Part shown: in pieces, positions 42,445-51,269 of the stretch
How positions within the stretch are numbered: position 1 is the first letter of the stretch
Layout of the letters: each line of letters starts with the position of its first letter
Assembly (NCBI GenBank): GCA_016792585.1
Contig: JAEULB010000165.1
Location: forward strand, 4,337 to 68,336
Direction of reading: 5' to 3'
Length of the DNA stretch: 64,000 nt
Source of the DNA: Rhodospirillaceae bacterium
GTDB taxonomy: Bacteria > Pseudomonadota > Alphaproteobacteria > SHVZ01
Program-made: the position numbers and the translations under genes
Notes under the pieces: generated by a model
The model's input: only the letters and a program-made list of their open reading frames with translations
What the model was told of the DNA's origin: nothing
Databases searched by the model: none

Positions 42445-43872
42445 ATGGCGACGCTGAACTACCAGGAGCTGATCCCCAACAACGTCGACCTCGGCGGCAA
42501 TCGCCAGCTCCAGCGCGCGCTCGAGCACTGGCAGCCGCGCTTCATCAGCTGGTGGAAGGAGCTTGGACCGGAGCGCTACCAGGGCGCGGACGTCTATCTT
42601 CGCACCGCGACCTCGGTCGACATCAAGGGCTGGGCGACCTACGGCTATGTGAAGATGCCCGAATACCGCTGGGGTATCTTCCTCGCCGAGCAGGAGCCGG
42701 ACCGTCGGATCGGCTTCGGCGACTTCTACGGCCAGCCGGTCTGGCAGCAGGTGCCGGCCGACTTCCGCTCGGTCCTGCGCCGCCTGATCGTGACCCAGGG
42801 CGATACCGAGCCGGCATCTGTCGAGCAGCAGCGGCTCCTAGGCTTGACCGCGCCATCGCTCTACGACCTCCGCAACCTGTTCCAGGTCAACGTCGAGGAG
42901 GGGCGGCATCTCTGGGCGATGGTCTATCTGCTCCATGCCCATTTCGGCCGCGACGGCCGCGAGGAGGCCGAGGAGCTGCTGGCGCGTCATTCGGGCGATG
43001 CCGACAAGCCGCGGATCCTCGGCACCTTCAACGAGCCGATCTCCGACTGGCTCTCCTTCTTCATGTTCACCTACTTCACCGACCGCGACGGGAAGTACCA
43101 GCTGAAGAGCCTGGCCGAGAGCGCCTTCGATCCGCTGGCGCGGAGCTGCCGCTTCATGCTAACCGAAGAGGCCTATCACATGCATGTGGGCGAGAACGGC
43201 ATCGGCCGTATCGTCAGGCGGACGCTCGAGGTCATGAAGGAGATCGGTAGCGAGGATCCGGACGCGGTACGTCGAGCCGGCGCAATCGACCTCGCCACGA
43301 TTCAGCGCTACGTGAACTTCTGGTTCTCCTCGTCGCTCGATCTGTTCGGCTCCGAGCAGTCGTCGAACGCGGCGACCTCCTTCGCCAATGGCATCAAGGG
43401 GCGGCCGGACGAGGCGACCTTCGACGACCATCTTGCGATCGACAAGGTTTGGGAGATCGACGCGCCGGACGGCGCCGGCGGCATCCGGCTCGACGCAGTG
43501 CCGCTCCGCAACGCGATGAACGAGGTGACACGCCGCGCCTTCATCGCCGACTGTGAGACCGGCTTCGTTCGCTGGAACCGGCTAATCGAGAAGGCCGGGT
43601 ATCAGGCCCGGCTGTCGCTGCCCTCGGGCCGGTTCCGCCGGGCGATCGGCGTCTGGGCGAACCAGCCGGTGGCGCCGGATGGAGCCATCATTCCGCGCGA
43701 AGCCTGGGAGGCGCGGAAGGCGGGCTGGCTGCCGTCGGAGGCTGACGGCGCTTTCATCCGCTCGCTGATGCGCCAGGTGGTAGAGCCCGGCAAGGTCGCC
43801 GGCTGGATCGCGCCGCCGGGCCGCGGTGTCGATCACCTGCCGGCCGACTATGAGTATGTGAAGTTCCACTGA
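42445..43872 (+). CDS. boxB: Benzoyl-CoA 2,3-epoxidase, di-iron oxygenase subunit BoxB
   Basis: 475 aa. IVTQGDTEPASVEQQRLLGLTAPSLYDLRNLFQVNVEEGRHLWAMVYLLHAHFGRDGREE and MLTEEAYHM are the di-iron E..H motifs of BoxB. Confidence 0.95.
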   Translation: MATLNYQELIPNNVDLGGNRQLQRALEHWQPRFISWWKELGPERYQGADVYLRTATSVDIKGWATYGYVKMPEYRWGIFLAEQEPDRRIGFGDFYGQPVWQQVPADFRSVLRRLIVTQGDTEPASVEQQRLLGLTAPSLYDLRNLFQVNVEEGRHLWAMVYLLHAHFGRDGREEAEELLARHSGDADKPRILGTFNEPISDWLSFFMFTYFTDRDGKYQLKSLAESAFDPLARSCRFMLTEEAYHMHVGENGIGRIVRRTLEVMKEIGSEDPDAVRRAGAIDLATIQRYVNFWFSSSLDLFGSEQSSNAATSFANGIKGRPDEATFDDHLAIDKVWEIDAPDGAGGIRLDAVPLRNAMNEVTRRAFIADCETGFVRWNRLIEKAGYQARLSLPSGRFRRAIGVWANQPVAPDGAIIPREAWEARKAGWLPSEADGAFIRSLMRQVVEPGKVAGWIAPPGRGVDHLPADYEYVKFH

Positions 43873-44007
43873 CGGCCGGCGAGGCCGATTGCGCAGGCGG
43901 TCGGCGCTGTTATTCTTCTCAAGTCGGCAGGATGTCGGACGGGGGAATCCGACGCGCAGCTGGGGTGGCTGCGGCGTACCGACGTCTTTTGTCCAAAGGA
44001 GATGAAG

Positions 44008-44670
44008 ATGACGCTTCGTATCAATTCGACCGCCCCGGACTTCCAGGCAAAGACCACCCAGGGCGACATCAAGTTCCACGATTGGATCGGTGACGGCTGG
44101 GCGATCCTGTTCTCGCACCCGAAGGACTTCACACCGGTCTGCACCACCGAGCTCGGCTACATGGCGCGTCTCAAGCCCGAGTTCGACAAGCGCAACACCA
44201 AGATCGTCGGCCTCAGCGTCGATCCTGTCGATAATCACTCGCGCTGGGCCAAGGACATCGAGGAGACCCAGGGCGCGGCCGTCACCTATCCGATGATCGG
44301 CGATCCGGAGCTCAAGGTGGCGACCGCCTACGACATGCTGCCGGAAGGGGCGGGCACGACCTCCGAAGGCCGCACCGCCGCCGACAACGCGACCGTCCGG
44401 TCGGTGTTCATCATCGGCCCTGACAAGAAGATCAAGGCGATGCTGACCTACCCGATGAGCTCGGGCCGGAACTTCGACGAGGTGCTGCGGCTGCTCGACT
44501 CCTGCCAGCTGACCGCCAAGCACCAGGTGGCGACGCCGGTGAACTGGAAGCAGGGCGAGGATGTGATCATCGTCCCCGCTGTCACCGACGAGGTGGCGAA
44601 GCAGCGGTTCCCGAACGGCTGGAAGGCGCCGAAGCCCTATCTCCGCATCGTGCCACAGCCGAAAGGCTGA
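44008..44670 (+). CDS. 1-Cys peroxiredoxin (Prx6 subfamily)
   Basis: ORF 44002..44670. ATG 44008 has better SD spacing (AAGGAG-N6). Contains LFSHPKDFTPVCTTEL with the peroxidatic Cys. Confidence 0.9.
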   Translation: MTLRINSTAPDFQAKTTQGDIKFHDWIGDGWAILFSHPKDFTPVCTTELGYMARLKPEFDKRNTKIVGLSVDPVDNHSRWAKDIEETQGAAVTYPMIGDPELKVATAYDMLPEGAGTTSEGRTAADNATVRSVFIIGPDKKIKAMLTYPMSSGRNFDEVLRLLDSCQLTAKHQVATPVNWKQGEDVIIVPAVTDEVAKQRFPNGWKAPKPYLRIVPQPKG

Positions 44671-44680
44671 AGACGGAGCC

Positions 44681-44719
44681 GCCGGCTGCGGGATTCCATC
44701 CTCGCAGCCGGCGTTTCTT
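44681..44719 (+). terminator. Rho-independent terminator
   Basis: Perfect 10-bp stem GCCGGCTGCG / CGCAGCCGGC, 12-nt loop, followed by GTTTCTT. Starts 11 nt after the peroxiredoxin stop. Confidence 0.8.
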
Positions 44720-44843
44720 GCGACTCGGATTCCGCTCCGGGTCCGTATTCCTGTGCGGTTCGTCCTAACGTGGTGTAGGAAGCGGGGCCTCCACCGGCTA
44801 AACTTGGTGCCGCGCGGGAGCCTCTTGTGGGGAGCGGGCCAGC

Positions 44844-46424
44844 TTGCGTGTTGATGCCGCTGACGTAGCAGCGACCGACGGGCAGCTGCGCCAGGTTCTC
44901 GACGGCGTCGACGCCGGCGTCTGCATCGTCGATGCCGAGGGTCGGATCGTCCTCTACAACAAACGGCTGCCGGAGATCCTGGGCCTGCCCGAGTCCCTAC
45001 TCGCGGGGAATCCGAGCCAGGACGAGGTCATCCGCTTCCAGGCGAGCCGGGGCGACCTGGATGCGCTCGGCATCGATACCGAGGCGCAGATGGCGCGCGT
45101 TTCGGCCGAGGTCCAGAATGCAACCTCGCCGTTCCGCTACGAGCGGACCAACCGCGACGGTCGCATCATCGAGGTCCTGATCCATCCGCTGGCGGACGGG
45201 CGTCAGGTCCGGACCTTCACCGACGTCACCGCGGTCAGGGCTGCCGAGCGCAGGCTCGCGACCAGCGAGGCGCTGCTGGCGGAAATCCTGTCCGGCGTGG
45301 AGGCGGAAGTCTCGGTCTTCGATGCGGACGAGACCTTCCTGCTCGGGAACCGGCGGTTCCGCGAGCGAAACCCGCACCTGCCGCCCGATGGCGAGCTGGT
45401 CGGGAAGAAGTATGCGGACCTGGTCCGTCTTTCTCTCGCGGCCGGCATGGCAGCCGATCCGCAGGCAAAGAAGGATCCGGAAACCTATGTCGCGCGTCGC
45501 ACGGTGGAGTGGCGCGAGGCCAAGGGCGCCCGAAACGAGTACCACGCGGCGTCAGGGCGCTGGCAACAGGTCCGCACGCATCGATCGCCAACCGGGTTAA
45601 CCGTCCAGTTCGTCTTCGACGTCAGCGACCAGAAGCGGGCGGAGGAGAAGCTTGCCGCCAAGTCCGCCTTGCTCGAGCTGGCGCTCGAGAACATGGGCGA
45701 CGGCCTCGCTCTCTACGACAAGGACATCAACATCATCTTCCACAATCGCCAGATGCGAGAGTTCTTCGGCTTTCCCGAGGAGCTCCTGAGGGGCAAGGCG
45801 ACGGCGGAAAGGATGGCGCGCTTCCTTGCGATCCGCGGCCGGTACGGCGGCGGCGACCCGGGGGTCCAGGTCGAGCGCGTGCTCGCGGGGTTCCGCAAGC
45901 GCGACCGGCACATGTACGAGCACATGCTGCCGGACGGACGTACAATTGAGGTCCACCACAATCCGCTGCGCGACGGCACGTTGATCCGCCGCTACGTTGA
46001 CGTGACCGAGCAAAAGCGCATGCAGGCCGAGATCGACGCGAAGACGGCGTTGCTGCAGACCACGCTGGATCACATGGGCGACGGCATCGCGGTGTTCGAC
46101 CGCGACCTCAACGTCGTCCTTCACAATCGCGCGCTGAGGGAGATCTTCGATATCCCCGGCGCCGTGATGCAGGGCAAGGCGATCCCGGCCGAGCGGATCC
46201 TGCATGCGATGGCGGCGAGGGGCCAGTACGGTGCAGGCAGCCCCGAGGAGCACGCGAAACGCATGGTCGAGGAATTGAAGAGCCGGACGCCGGCGACTTA
46301 CGAGGTCGCGACCGCGGGCGGCTGGGCCGTCTCGGTGCATCACATACCGCTGGCCGATGGCGGACTCGTCCGCCGATACGTGGATGTGACGGCCAGAAAG
46401 GGCGAGGTGTCGAGGAAAGATTGA
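44844..46424 (+). CDS. Stand-alone sensor-like protein made of four tandem PAS-type repeats; no output domain
   Basis: 526 aa, TTG start. Four modules of about 125 aa each begin ..LL...L..(V/M).(A/D)G(V/L/I)..(V/Y/F)D.. and end (R)(R/T)(Y/F).DV(T/S). Translation stops 12 aa after the fourth module. Confidence 0.8.
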   Translation: MRVDAADVAATDGQLRQVLDGVDAGVCIVDAEGRIVLYNKRLPEILGLPESLLAGNPSQDEVIRFQASRGDLDALGIDTEAQMARVSAEVQNATSPFRYERTNRDGRIIEVLIHPLADGRQVRTFTDVTAVRAAERRLATSEALLAEILSGVEAEVSVFDADETFLLGNRRFRERNPHLPPDGELVGKKYADLVRLSLAAGMAADPQAKKDPETYVARRTVEWREAKGARNEYHAASGRWQQVRTHRSPTGLTVQFVFDVSDQKRAEEKLAAKSALLELALENMGDGLALYDKDINIIFHNRQMREFFGFPEELLRGKATAERMARFLAIRGRYGGGDPGVQVERVLAGFRKRDRHMYEHMLPDGRTIEVHHNPLRDGTLIRRYVDVTEQKRMQAEIDAKTALLQTTLDHMGDGIAVFDRDLNVVLHNRALREIFDIPGAVMQGKAIPAERILHAMAARGQYGAGSPEEHAKRMVEELKSRTPATYEVATAGGWAVSVHHIPLADGGLVRRYVDVTARKGEVSRKD

Positions 46425-46431
46425 CGCGGCT

Positions 46432-46466
46432 CGGCTCCGGCCGCCTTTCGGGGCAAGCCGGAGCCG
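46432..46466. terminator. Hairpin between convergent genes; possible bidirectional terminator
   Basis: CGGCTCCGGC ... GCCGGAGCCG: 10-bp stem, 15-nt loop. No clear T-tract. Confidence 0.45.
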
Positions 46467-46476
46467 GCGACCTGCG

Positions 46477-46839
46477 TCAGCCCCAGTAGGGCGGGACCTT
46501 GTAGTAGGTGAACGACTTGCCGCGGATGTCGCCGTCCGAGCGGATGAGGTCGTCAAGATCGTAGGCCGGCGCCTTCTGCAGGACGTCCTTCGACATCGGC
46601 ACGACGTACCCGCCTTTGTCCTCGCTGTAGTCGAGCAGTGACCACGGCACCGGATGATACTTCTCGCCCATGCCGAGGAAGCCGCCGAAGCCGAGCACGG
46701 CGTACATGATGTTGTTCGACGTCTTGTCGAGCACGACGTCCTCGACGTGGCCGATCTTCTCGCCGGCGGTGTTGTAGACCGAGGTCCCGGAGACCTTCGA
46801 GCTCAGGATCGCCTTGGTGTGGCCGGTGGCAGTAGGCAT
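46477..46839 (-). CDS. PRC-barrel domain protein
   Basis: 120 aa. SSKVSGTSVYNTAGEKIGHVEDVVLDKTSNNIMYAVLGFGGFLGMGEKYHPVPWSLL is the typical PRC-barrel pattern. SD GAGGAG. Confidence 0.85.
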   Translation of the reverse strand: MPTATGHTKAILSSKVSGTSVYNTAGEKIGHVEDVVLDKTSNNIMYAVLGFGGFLGMGEKYHPVPWSLLDYSEDKGGYVVPMSKDVLQKAPAYDLDDLIRSDGDIRGKSFTYYKVPPYWG

Positions 46840-46904
46840 GGGAATATCTCCTCAAGAAATGCGCATGGGCGGCACGATCTTCGCGGATCGTGCCGGGTGC
46901 ATCT

Positions 46905-46932
46905 GGAACGTCTGGACCGACGGCGCCGTTCC
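46905..46932. promoter_or_regulatory. Palindromic dual EcfG-type promoter GGAACG-N16-CGTTCC, reading GGAAC-N17-CGTT on both strands
   Basis: Read directly: GGAACGTCTGGACCGACGGCGCCGTTCC, in the 126-bp spacer between the PRC-barrel (minus) and YjbQ-family (plus) genes. Confidence 0.6.
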
Positions 46933-46965
46933 CGCTTCGGGCTGCGACATCGTAGTCTCAAGCGC

Positions 46966-47385
46966 ATGAAGCAGGCTCAGCACGCGATCGCGGTATCGAC
47001 ATCCGGCAAGGGGCTGGTCGAGATCACCGCCGAGATCGCCGGATGGCTGGCGAAGCAGCGAATCGCGACCGGCCTCCTGACCATCTTCTGCCGCCACACC
47101 TCGGCCTCGCTGCTGATCCAGGAAAACGCCGACCGTGACGTGCGGATGGATCTGGAGACCTATTTCGATCGGATCGCGCCGGAGGAGCCCGAGCGCTATG
47201 TCCACGACGCCGAGGGTCCCGACGACATGCCCTCGCACATCCGGACGGCGCTGACCCAGGTGCAGCTGACCATTCCGGTTTCAGGAGGGCGGATGGCGCT
47301 CGGCATCTGGCAAGGCGTCTATCTGTTCGAGCATCGCCGCGCCGCGCACCGGCGCGAGGTCGTGCTCCACCTGATCGGTGAGTGA
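46966..47385 (+). CDS. YjbQ/UPF0047 family protein (secondary thiamine-phosphate synthase-like)
   Basis: ORF 46654..47385; ATG 46966 gives 139 aa. LLTIFCRHTSASLLIQENADRDVRMDLE...DMPSHIRTALT...GIWQGVYLFEHR matches the UPF0047 pattern. Confidence 0.85.
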   Translation: MKQAQHAIAVSTSGKGLVEITAEIAGWLAKQRIATGLLTIFCRHTSASLLIQENADRDVRMDLETYFDRIAPEEPERYVHDAEGPDDMPSHIRTALTQVQLTIPVSGGRMALGIWQGVYLFEHRRAAHRREVVLHLIGE

Positions 47386-47388
47386 GAC

Positions 47389-49473
47389 CTAGAGATCGAT
47401 GACGATGTTGCCAGCCGCATCCAGGCTGGCGCGGGCCCCGGGCGGCACCACGCAGGTCGCGTCGTATTCCTCGACGATCAGGGGCCCCGCCTTGCCGGCA
47501 GCGAGGTCAGAGCGCCGCAGGACCGGCGTCTCGACCCAGCCGGACTCCGGGCCGAAATAGGCCGGCCGCGGCGGCGGCGGCTCCGGCTCGGCCCGGGTCG
47601 AGCGCACGCGCTCGGGCACGCCGGCGCCGTCGCGAAGCCCAAAGCCGATCACCTGCATCGCCACCAGCTCGACTGGCTCCTCCGGCCCGGCGCGATGGCC
47701 ATAGGTCTTCTCGTGCTCGCGCCCGAAGCCTTCCTCGAGATGGGCCACCATCGCCTGGTCGATCGGACCGTCCGGCATCGGCACGACCAGCTCATAGCTC
47801 TGGCCGTGGTAGTGGAGTGACGCTGAACGGCGGAGCCGCGCACGAGATCCGGTGAAACCTTCGCTGGCGAGCTGGTCGAGGGCTTGGCGGGCAAGCTCGG
47901 TCCAGGCATCCTCGATCTCGCCGAGGTCGGCCTTCCGCAGCAGCCGGCGGAAGGTCCGGGCATAGTGGTGCTCGACATCGGCGTAGAGGAGCCCGAAGGA
48001 CGAGAAGAGGCCGGCCGAGGGCGGGACCACGACGCGGGACATGCCGAGCGACTTCGCCATGCCGGCGGCGAACAGCGGGCCGTTGCCGCCGAAGGCGAAG
48101 AGCGCGAACTCGCGCGGGTCGCGGCCGCGCTCTGTCGAGACCGCCTTGATCGCGCGGATCATGTTGGAAGCAGCGATCTGGTGCGCACCGTAGGCAGCCT
48201 GCTCGATCGACATCTTCATCGGCGTCGCCACCGTCGCGGTGAAGACCTGCTTTGCCTTGGATGCGTTCAGCTTGACCGCGCCGCCGACCAGATGCCGCGG
48301 GTTGATGTAGCCGAGGATGACATTGGCGTCGGTGACGGTCGGCATCGCGCCGCCCTTGTCGTAGCAGACCGGGCCAGGCGTGGCCCCGGCGCTCTCAGGT
48401 CCGATCTGCAGCGATCCGCCGGCATCGATCCAGACATGCGAGCCGCCGCCGGCCCCGACCTCGGCCAGATCGATGGCCGGGACCTTGAGGGTATAGCCGG
48501 CGCCGGTCAAAAGGCGCGAGCCGATCATGATGCCGGCGCCGACCGAGTACTCGGTCGCGCGCGTGACCTCGCCGTCCTCGACCATCGAGGCCTTGGCGGT
48601 GGTGCCCCCCATGTCAAAGGTCAGGATCTTCTTGAGACCTTTCGCACGCGCCAGCGCCTGCGCCCCCACGACACCGCCGGCGGGGCCGGACTCGATGATG
48701 TTCATCGGCCGCTCGGCCGCCGCCTGGTCGGTGGTGAGCCCGCCATTCGACTGCATCAGCAAAAGGCGCGCCGGGATGCCGGCGGCATCGAGGCCCTTGC
48801 GAAGCGCCCGCAGGTAGCTGGAGACGATCGGCATGACATAGGCGTTCACGACTACGGTCGAGGTGCGTTCGTACTCCTTCACTTCAGGCAGCACCTCATA
48901 GGAGACGGAGAGGGGAAGCGACGGCGCCTTCCGCCGCACGATCTCGGCGATCGCGAGCTCATGCGCCGGGTTGGTGAAGGAGTTGAGCAGGCAGACGGCG
49001 ATCGCCTCGACCTTCTCGGCCAGCAGAGCCGCGACCGCACGTTCGGCGTCGGCCGGATCGAGGGCCCGCTCGACCCTGCCGTAGGCGTCGACCCGCTCGT
49101 CGACGACCTGACGGAGATAGCGCTCGACCAGCGGCGGCGGCTTGGTCCAGGTGAGGTCGTAGAGCCTGGGCATCCGGAGCGTCCGGATCTCCAGCACGTC
49201 GCGGAAGCCCTTGGTGGTGATGAGGCCGGTGCGGGCCCCCTTGTGCTCGAGGATCGCGTTGGAGGCGACCGTGGTGCCGTGGCGGATCTCCTCCAGCACC
49301 TTGCCGTCGAGGCCGGTCTCGCGGAACAGCTGGGACAATCCTTCGACGATCGCCGCAGCATAGTTGCCGACGCTGGAGGAGATCTTGGCCGTGTGGATCG
49401 TGCCGTCCTGGCCTAAGAGCACGATGTCGGTGAAGGTGCCGCCGATGTCGACGCCGACGCGGTAGGTGGTCAC
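47389..49473 (-). CDS. hyuA: Hydantoinase/oxoprolinase family subunit A, second copy
   Basis: 694 aa. MTTYRVGVDIGGTFTD. GTGA overlap with the upstream hyuB. Confidence 0.9.
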   Translation of the reverse strand: MTTYRVGVDIGGTFTDIVLLGQDGTIHTAKISSSVGNYAAAIVEGLSQLFRETGLDGKVLEEIRHGTTVASNAILEHKGARTGLITTKGFRDVLEIRTLRMPRLYDLTWTKPPPLVERYLRQVVDERVDAYGRVERALDPADAERAVAALLAEKVEAIAVCLLNSFTNPAHELAIAEIVRRKAPSLPLSVSYEVLPEVKEYERTSTVVVNAYVMPIVSSYLRALRKGLDAAGIPARLLLMQSNGGLTTDQAAAERPMNIIESGPAGGVVGAQALARAKGLKKILTFDMGGTTAKASMVEDGEVTRATEYSVGAGIMIGSRLLTGAGYTLKVPAIDLAEVGAGGGSHVWIDAGGSLQIGPESAGATPGPVCYDKGGAMPTVTDANVILGYINPRHLVGGAVKLNASKAKQVFTATVATPMKMSIEQAAYGAHQIAASNMIRAIKAVSTERGRDPREFALFAFGGNGPLFAAGMAKSLGMSRVVVPPSAGLFSSFGLLYADVEHHYARTFRRLLRKADLGEIEDAWTELARQALDQLASEGFTGSRARLRRSASLHYHGQSYELVVPMPDGPIDQAMVAHLEEGFGREHEKTYGHRAGPEEPVELVAMQVIGFGLRDGAGVPERVRSTRAEPEPPPPRPAYFGPESGWVETPVLRRSDLAAGKAGPLIVEEYDATCVVPPGARASLDAAGNIVIDL

Positions 49474-51269
49474 GCGCGACGCCTCGCCGGCTCAGCAGCG
49501 GACGAATCCTCACGCTGCACCTTGGGAATCTCCCGCCAGCCTCGCGCCTGACGAAGTGCCGAGCGCCGCGCGTCGGTCGCCTTGGCGTCGATGGCCCAGA
49601 TCTTCGTGTCGACGACCACGCCGTAATCGGCCTCCGCCTTCGCCGGCGACAGCAGCTCGTTCCTTACGTCCTTGAGCACAGCCGCCGGATCGCGCTCGAG
49701 CGGGTCGCCCCAGCCGCCGGCGCCGGCCAGCACATGGCGGAAGACGTCGCCCTTCTTGACCGTCATCGTCAGCTTGCCGGGCAGAACGCGGTTCTCGCCG
49801 TCAGGGTTGAGGTAGTTCTCGGAGGCCTTGCCCGGGCTGCCGCCATAGAGGCCGAAGGGTCTGTGGTCGCGGCGGTCGGAACGGACCTGCAGCGTCCCTT
49901 CCTCCTCGAGGAAACGGTAGTCGCGACGGAACGGCACACCGCCGCGATGCTTGCCCGCACCGGCCTTGTCGGCGACGAACTCGTAGGCCAGCAGCTGGAT
50001 CGGGTGCTCGGCCTCCGTCACCTCGATCGAATGGGAGGCCATGTTGGCGAACATGTGCGAGTTGCCGTCGAGCCCGTCGGCCCAGGGCCTGGCACCCCAG
50101 GCGCCGCAGGTGAAGTCGACATAGATGAAGGGCGAGCGGTCAGCGTAGTAGCCGCCGATCGAGATGCCGGTGTTGCCGCCGTCGCCCGCCGCCTTGACCT
50201 TGTCCGGCAGCATCATCGCCAGCGCCCCGAACATGCAGTCGGTCATGCGGAAGCCGGTCAGGCCGCGCGCGGCGCAGGCGGCCGGCAGCACGCCGTTGCC
50301 GACGGTGCCCGGCGGGCAGATCACGTCGATGGCGCGGAACACGCCCTCGTTGTTGGGAATGCCTTGCGGCAGCACCGAGCGCACGCCGCAATACGAGGCC
50401 GCCTTGGTGAAGGAGAGCGTGTTGTTGATCGCCCCCTTCACCTGTGGGCTGGTGCCCGTCCAGTCGACCGTCATCTGGTCGCCCGCCTTCTTGATGGTGA
50501 CGAACAAGCGGATCGGCTTGCCGTAGTCGACGCCGTCGTCGTCGATCCAGTCCTCGAAGCTCCATTCGCCGTCAGGCAGCTTCCGGAGCTCGGCCCGGGT
50601 CAGGCGCTCGGCGTAGTCGATGGTCTCTTTCATGTAGAGGCGGGTGCCGTCGGTGCCGTACTTGGCGACGAGCTCGGCGAACTGCTTCTCGGCGATGTGG
50701 CAGGCTGCGAGCTGGGCCCGGAGGTCGCCGAACACCTTGACCGGCAGACGGACGTTCTTCTCGATGAAGGTCATGATCGTCTTGTTGACCTTGCCGGCCT
50801 CGTAGAGCTTGAGCGGGGCGATCCGCAGCCCCTCGGCATAGATCTCGGTCGAGTCCGACGCATTCGATCCGGCGACGCGGCCGCCGACGTCGGTGTGATG
50901 GCAGACGGTGGCGGCGAAGGCGAGACGCTGGCCCTGATTGTAGAGCGGCTTGAAGACGAAGATGTCCGGCAGGTGCATGCCGCCGTCGAAGGGGTCGTTC
51001 ATGATGAACACGTCGCCTTCGACCATGTCGTCGCCGTAGTGCCTCATGATCGAGGCGAGTGCGGTCGGCACCGATCCGAGATGGCCGGGCAGGGTGAGGC
51101 CCTGGGCGACCAGCTTGCCGTCGGCGTCGGCGAGGCCGGTCGAATAGTCCATGTTGTCCTTGAGCACGCCGGAATAGGTCGTGCGGAACACCGTCAGCGC
51201 CATCTCGTCGGCGATCGAGAAGACGGCGTTCTTGAACAGCTCGAAGGCGATCGGGTCGACGGCTGCCAT
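49470..51269 (-). CDS. hyuB: Hydantoinase B/oxoprolinase family subunit B, second copy
   Basis: 599 aa. DPIAFELFKNAVFSIADEMALTVFRTTYSGVLKD. Confidence 0.9.
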   Translation of the reverse strand: MAAVDPIAFELFKNAVFSIADEMALTVFRTTYSGVLKDNMDYSTGLADADGKLVAQGLTLPGHLGSVPTALASIMRHYGDDMVEGDVFIMNDPFDGGMHLPDIFVFKPLYNQGQRLAFAATVCHHTDVGGRVAGSNASDSTEIYAEGLRIAPLKLYEAGKVNKTIMTFIEKNVRLPVKVFGDLRAQLAACHIAEKQFAELVAKYGTDGTRLYMKETIDYAERLTRAELRKLPDGEWSFEDWIDDDGVDYGKPIRLFVTIKKAGDQMTVDWTGTSPQVKGAINNTLSFTKAASYCGVRSVLPQGIPNNEGVFRAIDVICPPGTVGNGVLPAACAARGLTGFRMTDCMFGALAMMLPDKVKAAGDGGNTGISIGGYYADRSPFIYVDFTCGAWGARPWADGLDGNSHMFANMASHSIEVTEAEHPIQLLAYEFVADKAGAGKHRGGVPFRRDYRFLEEEGTLQVRSDRRDHRPFGLYGGSPGKASENYLNPDGENRVLPGKLTMTVKKGDVFRHVLAGAGGWGDPLERDPAAVLKDVRNELLSPAKAEADYGVVVDTKIWAIDAKATDARRSALRQARGWREIPKVQREDSSAAEPARRRA

